Part shown: positions 1 to 11,309 of the stretch, piece by piece
Position numbering within the stretch: the first letter of the stretch is position 1
Layout of the letters: each line of letters opens with the position of its first letter
Source of the DNA: Eledone cirrhosa
Lineage: Eukaryota
Reading direction: 5' to 3'
NCBI GenBank assembly: GCA_964016885.1
Contig: OZ024741.1
Coordinates: 73,036,001 to 73,100,000 of the forward strand
DNA length: 64,000 nt
The notes under the pieces: generated by a model
Seen by the model: only the letters and a program-made list of their open reading frames with translations
Told to the model about the DNA's origin: nothing
Database searches by the model: none
Translations under genes and position numbers: made by a program

Positions 1-237
1 ATATAGAGAGGTACAGTTATATTGATATCTAACCAAAATATACATACGTGCAAATAGATGCAAACCTAAATACACATCCACACGCATGCATATAATCATA
101 TATATAAACATCCCACGCATGCATATAATCATATATATACATATCCATACATATCTATATCCACACATACACATCTATACCCCCATATATACATATACAT
201 ATACAGATACATACACATATACTCATATAAATATACA

Positions 238-3200
238 TTTACATTCCCATTTGCCCTTTAAAGCATAACTTTCTGTATTTACTGCGGTTATGAGATGCGA
301 TTCTTATTCGGGTACAACTTCTGATTTTAGCCTAAGAAAATATCTATATGCGTGTGTAATTTATACACGCATATATTTATTTTTTTAATTTTCAATTGAG
401 TTCTTAACACGTTGGATTGATAATGTTTTCGAAAAAACTAATTAACCCGCGTGTATATCATTTTTTTCCTCCTTTCGTGGATCGTAGTTGTCTCCCCTTC
501 CCGCTTCGTGTCGCTATCATACTTCCTCAGTCAAAAACTGCTGGAATTTCAAATTTGGCGGTCATTCGATGCGAGAAGGAGCAACTTAACAGACACGATT
601 TTTGACTGCAGTAAGAATTTCTTTCTTATATCAAAGTTTAATGGGCTTCCACTGATGATTTATAAACGCCCACCTAAATATATTCTTACATGAATATATA
701 TTAGGCTTCTAGATAAACTGGAAATATTCTCCCAACTTGTAGAAAACTTATAATGAAACAATTGTTTGGAAAGAGAGATATACTTTAACTTTAATTATAT
801 CTCATAAAATAATACAACTGGTTTTTCCACATTATACATATTGTTCGCACCCAAAACACTTAAATTGGGTTTATATTTAAATATAATCTAATGTTTGTTG
901 AGTGAGATGGTTACCAATCAGAGTTTAGCTTTAAACTATCTCTGTTATTGTATTAAATATTTACTCTTGATTGGCCAGAGGTGTTTATTTCCAGGTACCT
1001 TATGAATTTGACTTTCCGTATTTATTACTGTTGTGAAATGTTGTGGTTTTTTGGGGTTGTAACTTCTCTGTTTTTTAGCCTAAGAAAATATATATATGCC
1101 TATGTATATAATTACATGCATACATTTATTTTCTTTAATTAATTGAGTTCTTTACACGAGGAATTGATATTAGTTTTGAAATAACTAATTAACCCGCGTG
1201 TGTTTTATATTTTACTCTTAATTCGGCCGGAGATTTACATTCCCATTTGCCCTTTAAAGCATAACTTTCTGTATTTACTGCGGTTATGAGATGCGGTTCT
1301 TATTCGGGTACAACTTCTGATTTTAGCCTAAGAAAATATCTATATGCGTGTGTAATTTATACACGTATATATTTATTTTTTAAATTTTCAATTGAGTTCT
1401 TAACACGTTGGATTGATAATGTTTTCGAAAAAACTAATTAACCCACGTGTATATTATTTTTTTCCTCCTTTCGTGGATCGTAGTTGTCTCCCCTTCCCGC
1501 TTCGTGTCGCTATCATACTTCCTCAGTCAAAAACTGCTGGAATTTCAAATTTGGCGGTCATTCGATGCGAGAAGGAGCAACTTAACAGACACGATTTTTG
1601 ACTGCGGTAAGAATTTCTTTCTTATATCAAAGTTTAATGGGCTTCCACTAATGATTTATAAACGCCCACCTAAATATATTCTTACATGAATATATATTAG
1701 GCTTCTAGATAAACTGGAAATATTCTCCCAACTTGTAGAAAACTTATAATGAAACAATTGTTTGGAAAGAGAGATATACTTTAACTTTAATTATATCTCA
1801 TAAAATAATACAACTGGTTTTTCCACATTATACATATTGTTCGCACCCAAAACACTTAAATTGAGTTTATATTTAAATATAATCTAATGTTTGTTGAGTG
1901 AGATGGTTACCAATCAGAGTTTAGCTTTAAACTATCTCTGTTATTGTATTAAATATTTACTCTTGATTGGCCAGAGGTGTTTATTTCCAGGTACCTTATG
2001 AATTTGACTTTCCGTATTTATTACTGTTGTGAAATGTTGTGGTTTTTTTGGGTTGTAACTTCTCTGTTTTTTATCCTAAGAACATATATATATGCCTATG
2101 TATATAATTACATGCATACATTTATTTTCTTTAATTAATTGAGTTCTTTATACGAGGAATTGATATTAGTTTTGAAATAACTAATTAACCCGCGTGTGTT
2201 TTATATTTTACTCTTAATTCGGCCGGAGATTTACATTCCCATTTGCCCTTTAAAGCATAACTTTCTGTATTTACTGCGGTTATGAGATGCGGTTCTTATT
2301 CGGGTACAACTTCTGATTTTAGCCTAAGAAAATATCTATATGCGTGTGTAATTTATACACGTATATATTTATTTTTTAAATTTTCAATTGAGTTCTTAAC
2401 ACGTTGGATTGATAATGTTTTCGAAAAAACTAATTAACCCACGTGTATATTATTTTTTTCCTCCTTTCGTGGATCGTAGTTGTCTCCCCTTCCCGCTTCG
2501 TGTCGCTATCATACTTCCTCAGTCAAAAACTGCTGGAATTTCAAATTTGGCGGTCATTCGATGCGAGAAGGAGCAACTTAACAGACACGATTTTTGACTG
2601 CGGTAAGAATTTCTTTCTTATATCAAAGTTTAATGGGCTTCCACTGATGATTTATAAACGCCCACCTAAATATATTCTTACATGAATATATATTAGGCTT
2701 CTAGATAAACTGGAAATATTCTCCCAACTTGTAGAAAACTTATAATGAAACAATTGTTTGGAAAGAGAGATATACTTTAACTTTAATTATATCTCATAAA
2801 ATAATACAACTGGTTTTTCCACATTATACATATTGTTCGCACCCAAAACACTTAAATTGGGTTTATATTTAAATATAATCTAATGTTTGTTGAGTGAGAT
2901 GGTTACCAATCAGAGTTTAGCTTTAAACTATCTCTGTTATTGTATTAAATATTTACTCTTGATTGGCCAGAGGTGTTTATTTCCAGGTACCTTATGAATT
3001 TGACTTTCCGTATTTATTACTGTTGTGAAATGTTGTGGTTTTTTGGGGTTGTAACTTCTCTGTTTTTTAGCCTAAGAAAATATATATATGCCTATGTATA
3101 TAATTACATGCATACATTTATTTTCTTTAATTAATTGAGTTCTTTACACGAGGAATTGATATTAGTTTTGAAATAACTAATTAACCCGCGTGTGTTTTAT

Positions 3201-4876
3201 ATTTTACTCTTAATTCGGCCGGAGATTTACATTCCCATTTGCCCTTTAAAGCATAACTTTCTGTATTTACTGCGGTTATGAGATGCGGTTCTTATTCGGG
3301 TACAACTTCTGATTTTAGCCTAAGAAAATTTCTATATGCGTGTGTAATTTATACACGTATATATTTATTTTTTAAATTTTCAATTGAGTTCTTAACACGT
3401 TGGATTGATAATGTTTTCGAAAAAACTAATTAACCCACGTGTATATTATGTTTTTCCTCCTTTCGTGGATCGTAGTTGTCTCCCCTTCCCGCTTCGTGTC
3501 GCTATCATACTTCCTCAGTCAAAAACTGCTGGAATTTCAAATTTGGCGGTCATTCGATGCGAGAAGGAGCAACTTAACAGACACGATTTTTGACTGCGGT
3601 AAGAATTTCTTTCTTATATCAAAGTTTAATGGGCTTCCACTGATGATTTATAAACGCCCACCTAAATATATTCTTACATGAATATATATTAGGCTTCTAG
3701 ATAAACTGGAAATATTCTCCCAACTTGTAGAAAACTTATAATGAAACAATTGTTTGGAAAGAGAGATATACTTTAACTTTAATTATATCTCATAAAATAA
3801 TACAACTGGTTTTTCCACATTATACATATTGTTCGCACCCAAAACACTTAAATTGGGTTTATATTTAAATATAATCTAATGTTTGTTGAGTGAGATGGTT
3901 ACCAATCAGAGTTTAGCTTTAAACTATCTCTGTTATTGTATTAAATATTTACTCTTGATTGGCCAGAGGTGTTTATTTCCAGGTACCTTATGAATTTGAC
4001 TTTCCGTATTTATTACTGTTGTGAAATGTTGTGGTTTTTTGGGGTTGTAACTTCTCTGTTTTTTAGCCTAAGAAAATATATATATGCCTATGTATATAAT
4101 TACATGCATACATTTATTTTCTTTAATTAATTGAGTTCTTTACACGAGGAATTGATATTAGTTTTGAAATAACTAATTAACCCGCGTGTGTTTTATATTT
4201 TACTCTTAATTCGGCCGGAGATTTACATTCCCATTTGCCCTTTAAAGCATAACTTTCTGTATTTACTGCGGTTATGAGATGCGGTTCTTATTCGGGTACA
4301 ACTTCTGATTTTAGCCTAAGAAAATTTCTATATGCGTGTGTAATTTATACACGTATATATTTATTTTTTAAATTTTCAATTGAGTTCTTAACACGTTGGA
4401 TTGATAATGTTTTCGAAAAAACTAATTAACCCACGTGTATATTATGTTTTTCCTCCTTTCGTGGATCGTAGTTGTCTCCCCTTCCCGCTTCGTGTCGCTA
4501 TCATACTTCCTCAGTCAAAAACTGCTGGAATTTCAAATTTGGCGGTCATTCGATGCGAGAAGGAGCAACTTAACAGACACGATTTTTGACTGCGGTAAGA
4601 ATTTCTTTCTTATATCAAAGTTTAATGGGCTTCCACTGATGATTTATAAACGCCCACCTAAATATATTCTTACATGACTATATATTAGGCTTCTACATAA
4701 GCTGGAAATATTCTCCCAACTTATAAATGAAACAATTGTTTGGAAAGAGAGATATACTTTAATTTTAATTATATCTCATAAAATAATACAACTGGTTTTT
4801 CCACATTATACATATTGTTAGCACCCCAAACACTTAAATTGGGTTTATATTTAAACTATCTCTGTTATTGTATTAA
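238..4876 (+). repeat. 996-bp tandem array (~4.6 copies, ~99% identical), non-coding, one hammerhead motif per unit; retrozyme-like or tandem PLE pseudo-LTR
   Basis: TTTACATTCCCATTTGCCC recurs at 238, 1234, 2230, 3226 and 4222. The last copy carries small deletions and runs into (TA)n at 4877. Confidence 0.95.
647..771 (+). ncRNA. Type I hammerhead ribozyme motif with extended stem II (copies at 1643-1767, 2639-2763, 3635-3759, 4631-4745)
   Basis: TTCCA-CTGATGA-t-TTATAA...(~80 nt)...TTATAA-t-GAAA-CAATTG-TT-TGGAA. Stem I is TTCCA/TGGAA, the core is canonical, stem III is the palindrome ACAATTGT and the triplet is GUU. Copy 2 reads CTAATGA. Confidence 0.8.
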
Positions 4877-5760
<884 letters not shown>

Positions 5761-6007
5761 AAATATATTTCTATATCATACATAGATGTTTATTTTAACT
5801 CATGCAATTACGGGTGGCTGTGTATCGTGTTGCCTTTAGTCATTAACGCATAAATCTAAGGAAGCTAAAACATTAAAAGGCAAAAATAAGCATGAAAGCA
5901 TATAATTAGGGGAAAGAGGTACTAATAAATGTTATTCTATACGGAATTATAGTGAGTTGCTATTTAGAATATTTCATTAGGTTTATAGTATTTAATTAGG
6001 TTTATAT

Positions 6008-6350
6008 TATTTAAAAGTTTTTCGTATACGGTGATTACAGACTATGATCAATTCCTGTCTTTTATTTAATAAATCGTCCTTAGATTTAGTAATTTCCAAG
6101 ATCTCTCCTGAACATAATCCGGATTCCCTCCTGTTTCCAAGATATGGAGTTTTTTGTAGAATGGTGTACCACGATAACTTAAAATCTATTTTTTTCTTTT
6201 TATAATTATTTACCGCTTCAGCTAAAGATGTGGTGTTTGCTAGTTTAGTATTGTTGAAACTAATAGAGTGTGGTAAAATATTTTCTTAAATGTGTTTGAT
6301 GTAGATCCTATATATGTTTTGTTGGAGTCTGTAGTAGACACAGTGCATTA
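6008..6350 (-). pseudogene. PLE (Hydra-clade type) GIY-YIG endonuclease remnant, with an inverted sub-fragment at 6386-6452
   Basis: Reverse strand reads CTVSTTDSNKTYIGSTSNTFK...LSW...LC..EI...LLNKRQEL..VCNHR, colinear with the C-terminus of ORF 30747-32384. Confidence 0.8.
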
Positions 6351-6825
6351 TTAATCAACAATACTAAAGAGTACTACATTATTAATCAACAATACTAAAC
6401 TAGCAAACACCACATCTTTAGCTGAAGCGGTAAATAATTATAAAAAGAAAAAAAAGTCTAAAGCTTAGTGTATTCAATCATGCATGCAAACATACATATA
6501 TAGACACACACAAGCGGAATATATATATTTTTATACTTACACACGAACTACTAACCAAATAATATTTGGTATCAATGGGTTAAAGACATCTGTAAATCAA
6601 TTAGTGGTGAAGGTGGTGTATATAAATAAAGATTGATAATTATAAACCTACTTTCAAAACCTAAGTTAAAAAGTTGTGGTATCATTCATGGCTTTCCTAG
6701 AGCTATTTGTAATATTTAGGGCCGACTTGTCAATCTTCTGACTCTTTGGAAACAACTTTATTATTCCTATGTGTGTTTAACTGTGGAATTAATTTAATAA
6801 TTTGATTATTTTAGCAAAAAAAATA

Positions 6826-6858
<33 letters not shown>

Positions 6859-6861
<3 letters not shown>

Positions 6862-7062
6862 ACGTTATTCCGGGTTGAATCGGAGGTAACCACAGTAAGT
6901 AAGGTACTCAATACATAGCAGAGTATAACAGTTTTAATATAGATGAGATTCTACAGGACTAGAACTGTTTCATTCTTTAGAAATCATCAGGAATCAGAGA
7001 TTCCTGATGATTTCTAAAGAATAAAAAACAGTTCTAGTCCTGTAGAATCTCATCTATATTAA

Positions 7063-7066
<4 letters not shown>
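6859..7066 (-). mobile_element. Fold-back PLE 3'-end insertion in (TA)n with a hammerhead motif in each arm
   Basis: Arms 6930-6995 and 6999-7066. Minus strand 6947-6995 reads GATTC-CTGATGA-tTTCtaaaGAAt-GAAA-CAG..CTG-TA-GAATC, then ATTAAA. The plus-arm copy has GAAA mutated. Confidence 0.8.
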
Positions 7067-7136
<70 letters not shown>

Positions 7137-7309
7137 ATATATATATATCAGCGTTGAAATATCCGAGACCCCCAGTAGACAACTGATGAGGAAAACTCCC
7201 GCCTCCGTTCTTGCTTTCTTCTTATTCTCATTCCATTTTAAAACCTACCTTAACTAGGAACTACACAGCCAATCCTATTCTCCATCTATATTCTCCATAT
7301 ATATATTCT

Positions 7310-7349
<40 letters not shown>

Positions 7350-7541
7350 ATAATAAAAATTTGAAGACTAAAATCCAAAGAGGGCTCGATAAGGATAAAT
7401 ATATATCAAATATATAAGAACCGTAGAGCAAATATTTATTAAAATAACAGATTAAAGTTTAAGCAAAGAATCGCTGCTTTCACCCTTAACGGGATCTTCT
7501 GAAACTAACAAAGTCAATCTGTGTACGAAGAAGTGAATATT

Positions 7542-9256
7542 ACTAAGGATTACCGTAAAACTAATCGGTGCGTCATTAATGAAATCAACGATGCTGGGTT
7601 TAAAATCACCTCTGATCTTAACATCCTGGACCAGACCGAACCTCTGGACCCTATTTGTCCCCACTTTACCCTGAAGGATCACAAATTCAATTTTCCGAAC
7701 AACCCCTCTATTCGGCCTATTAACCCTACGAAGTCCGATTTAGGTAGACTTAGTAAAAGGATTCTTGATAGAATTATACCTGAAATTAGAAGTTTGGCCC
7801 CTCTTTCACTGTGGTACAATTCTTTCGCGGTGATTGGTTGGTTCAACGGCATATGCAACAAGGAACATTGCCGTTTTATCCAATTCGACATCAATAATTA
7901 CTACCCCTCCATCACTTTAGCACTTCTCCTTAGAGCTATCAATTTCGCTAAAACACTCACAGTGGTTAATGGATTTCGAAGTTGATGTCATCCTCAATGC
8001 CCGTAAGTCGGTGATTAATTTCGACGACTCTATTTGGATTAAAAAATCTAATAGTACCCCATTCGACGTGAGTATGGGCGCCAGCGATTCTGCGGAGGTT
8101 ACTGATCTTATCGGCCTTTTCCTTCTTTTCTCTATCAATTCCCCAACGCGGGCGGTGGTTTGTACCGTGATGATGGTCTTTTGACCATGACTAAGTGCTG
8201 GCCACGTGCTTGCGACCGGTTCAGAAAAGAACTCACAGCCTTCTTTAAAGGCTTCAACCTCTCTATACAGGTTGAAGCCAACCTCTCGGTCGTTAATTAC
8301 CCCGACGTTACCCTCAATTTATCGAATGGCTTGTATTACCCGTATAGAAAGGCGAATGATACGCTTAATTACACAAGTAAGCATTCCAACCATCCTGCCA
8401 GCATAACCAAGAACCTGGTAAGAAACGTTTCTTTGAGGCTTTCCCGTCTATCTACTAACGAGCGTATTTTCAACGACCATTCCACATATTACAATGAAGC
8501 TCTTGCTCGGAGTGGATTTGTCAATAAGGTAGCTTATACAGAGTACGAGAATAGACCTAGAAGAAATAGATCCCGACGCATTATATGGTATATCCCACCA
8601 TATAATATGGAGGTGGCCACACCATTAGCTAAGATATTTCTATCCCTTATTACGAAGCATTTCCCCCCCTACACATAAATATAGTAACATTTTAAATAGA
8701 AATACTATTAAAATTTCTTACTCTACGACTCCTAACCCTGCACATAACATCGCAGCTTCAAATTTAGCTAAACTACCTAGCCGTAGGAACACGTGCAACC
8801 CTGTAGTTAGTACTAACTGTAATTATAGGATTCGGGTTGATTGCCCCCTATCCGGGAAATGCCTCTCTAGTAACATTGTCTACAAATGTAAGGTCGAAAC
8901 ATCCACGTCCCGTAGGGCCTACATAGGGTTAACCGCCAATAGATTCAAGCAGCGTCTTTACATGCATACCCATTCTTTTCGTTACCCTCTAAGAAGGAAT
9001 ATGACATCACTTTCAGTTTATATCTGGAGTCTAAAAGACAACCACACCCAATAAGTTACACTGGGAGATCCTAGCTAGGGCTAGATCGTATAACAGAAAT
9101 AAAAGACCATGTGACCTCTGCGCCGCTTAGGCCGTGGAAATACTCTACGCCACAGACCACATCTTAAACAAAAAATCTGAGGCAATTTCGGCTTGTAAAC
9201 ATAAATTGCACAAAACTTTCCTGTATTACAGCCCCACATTATATCCTAACGGATAG
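7542..9256 (+). pseudogene. Frameshifted PLE reverse transcriptase + GIY-YIG endonuclease
   Basis: Motifs FIQFDINNYYPSI, FDVSMGASDSAEVTDLIG, LYRDDGL, WYIPPYN, CPLSGKCLSSNIVYKC...AYIG and ILNKKSEAISACKH are spread over several frames. Confidence 0.9.
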
Positions 9257-10138
9257 TACGATCTATACGCGGATATTTTACGTCTTGATGTGGTAGCTAA
9301 GTATATGTTATGTTTATAACATTACTTATTTGCATAGGTAAGTATATATTACCTGTACGTTTTGTGAAGGTACGTATACTTTCTCGTATGTATATTTGAT
9401 TGTATATGTTATGGCGTGTATTTTTATATATTCTGGTACATATGCTTTTGGTTGTGTGTATACGTGAGTTTTGCGTCTGTGTGAGTATGCTGGTTCGTAC
9501 GTATGTAGGGTGTGTGTATATGTGTACTTCGTGCTTTGGTTGACGTAGGTCTCCGAACATATGTGTATTTACATGTAGGTGTGTGTATGCGCTTGTTATA
9601 TACGTATTTATTTATTTATATACGTTTATTTAATTATTTGTATACACGCACACACACATATTTATATGTGCGTGTATTTGTATACCTATGGCGAGTGTTT
9701 TCGCGTATGCTTGTGTATGTACGTATATGGTTGCGTGTATGTATTTATTTAATTTCTGTTACCTCTGTATTTTATTTACTTTATTCTTAACTCTGTAGCC
9801 GAGAATCATTCGGTTTCCTAGTTAGAATTTTAGTCTACGACTTCAGCTATGCTTTTTACATTGCGTGCAATTGTTCTCAATGCTCCACCTATGACGTATT
9901 ATCTTCGTTTTTTTCCGTTCATTGCTAGAGAACGTCTCTATGAACCACCTAACCATAAACGTAGTTTTGTCTTTGCGTGTAATTGTTTTTCACCGCTCCA
10001 AATAATGACGTATTATATTCGTTTTTTCCTGTTCTTTGCCAGGGAACGTTTCCACAACCAAAGTATCGTCTTCCTGTCTTCCTCCGGTTGCAACGTTTTT
10101 TGAAATATTCACTTCTGCGTTCACAGTTTGACTTTGTT

Positions 10139-10189
10139 AGTTTCAGAAGATCCCGGTAAGGGTGAAAGCAGCGATTCTTTGCTTAAACT
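10139..10189 (+). ncRNA. Hammerhead-like motif with variant core CAGAAGA (inverted copy at 7456-7506)
   Basis: AGTTT-CAGAAGA-tCCCggtaaGGGt-GAAA-GCA..TGC-TT-AAACT, followed by AATAAA at 10205. Both copies share U4A. Confidence 0.65.
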
Positions 10190-10235
10190 TTAATCTGTTA
10201 TTTTAATAAATATATATATATATATAATATATATA

Positions 10236-10950
10236 TGAATAAAGTAAGCCCAAATAATACTAGATTCAAATATCACAGATTGAAAGAGAGAGAGGGGGGG
10301 GGGGTGAGAAATGAGGTGCAACAAAAATGAACCATGGATTACAGGTTAAAATATAGTCTAGATAGATGTGAAACAAAACGAGGATGTAGTTTATGAAACA
10401 CCTAAATGATTTAGAAGTCGACCTTAAGTAGGATCAATAACATTAAGAAAGGCATGAACATCACCACAACACTTTGTTTTGAAAATTTTGAAAGTAGGTT
10501 TATAGGTATGAATTTTCATAAGATTTTCCTAGTTGTCTCTGGCCTAGCGGTGGTACTAGAGACGGTGGAGATCCTGGTCTTGGATTCAATCCTTGTCAAG
10601 AAGTACATGTAACCTTTTTCAGTTTTTATTTTACAACCCATAGAAAAAAACTGAAAAGGTTTACTGGGAAAACTACTCCCGACCAGGACCGAACTTCAGA
10701 CCAGGATCACCACCATCGATGATTCCTTCAACTAGGCCACCGAGACAGCTACAAACGTACAATGAAAATTGATAATTATAAACCTACTTTCAAAATCAAA
10801 ATTAAAAAGATATGGTGACGTTCTTGGCTTTCCTCGAGCTATTAGTAATATTTAGGGCCGACTTGTCAATCTTCTGGCCCTTTGGTAACAACCTTATTAT
10901 TCGTGCGTGTTTAACTGTTGAATTAATTTAATTGATTATTTTAGCAAACA

Positions 10951-10956
<6 letters not shown>
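10236..10956. mobile_element. Imperfect palindromic repeat containing two convergent tRNA-like (Pol III A/B box) units; half copies at 13048-13395 and 6620-6826
   Basis: Plus strand has TGGCCTAGCGG (10540), GGATTCAATCC (10582) and a T-run at 10615. A mirrored unit lies on the minus strand at 10644-10748, and the flanking arms are diverged inverted homologues. Confidence 0.6.
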
Positions 10957-11040
<84 letters not shown>

Positions 11041-11042
<2 letters not shown>

Positions 11043-11238
11043 CGAATGAAATGTGGTAAGGAACCAGGTGGACCATAACGCACCAAAGTACTCAATACTT
11101 AGGGTAGTAGAGTGGGTAATAGGAACGAGTAGGATCCCGACGGGATCTTGAACATTTTCCTATTACCCACTCTACTACCCTAAGTATTGAGTACTCTGGT
11201 GCGTTATGGTCCACCTGGTTCCTTACAACACTTCCTTC

Positions 11239-11241
<3 letters not shown>
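11041..11241. mobile_element. Fold-back PLE-type 3'-end insertion in (TA)n; same family as 56672-56866
   Basis: 11047-11125 is inverted at 11157-11240. The left part is nearly identical to 56680-56775. Confidence 0.8.

Positions 11242-11308
<67 letters not shown>

Positions 11309-11309
<1 letters not shown>

Larger units (their letters stand above)
7346..10213 (+). mobile_element. 5'-truncated PLE (Hydra-clade type) with inverted 5' pseudo-LTR (7346-7541) and 3' pseudo-LTR (10105-10213), flanked by (TA)n
   Basis: 7430-7541 is the reverse complement of 10105-10213. RT and GIY-YIG fragments lie between them. Confidence 0.9.

Noticed and set aside
417-4677. 62-aa and 80-aa ORFs repeated in each 996-bp unit
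   Set aside because: Non-ATG starts, no recognisable domain, and the 80-aa frame overlaps the ribozyme core; they recur only because the unit is repeated.
7150-7310. CTGATGAGGAAA at 7183 as a hammerhead
   Set aside because: No stem II between CTGATGA and GAAA, and no stem I or III; probably a repeat terminus.
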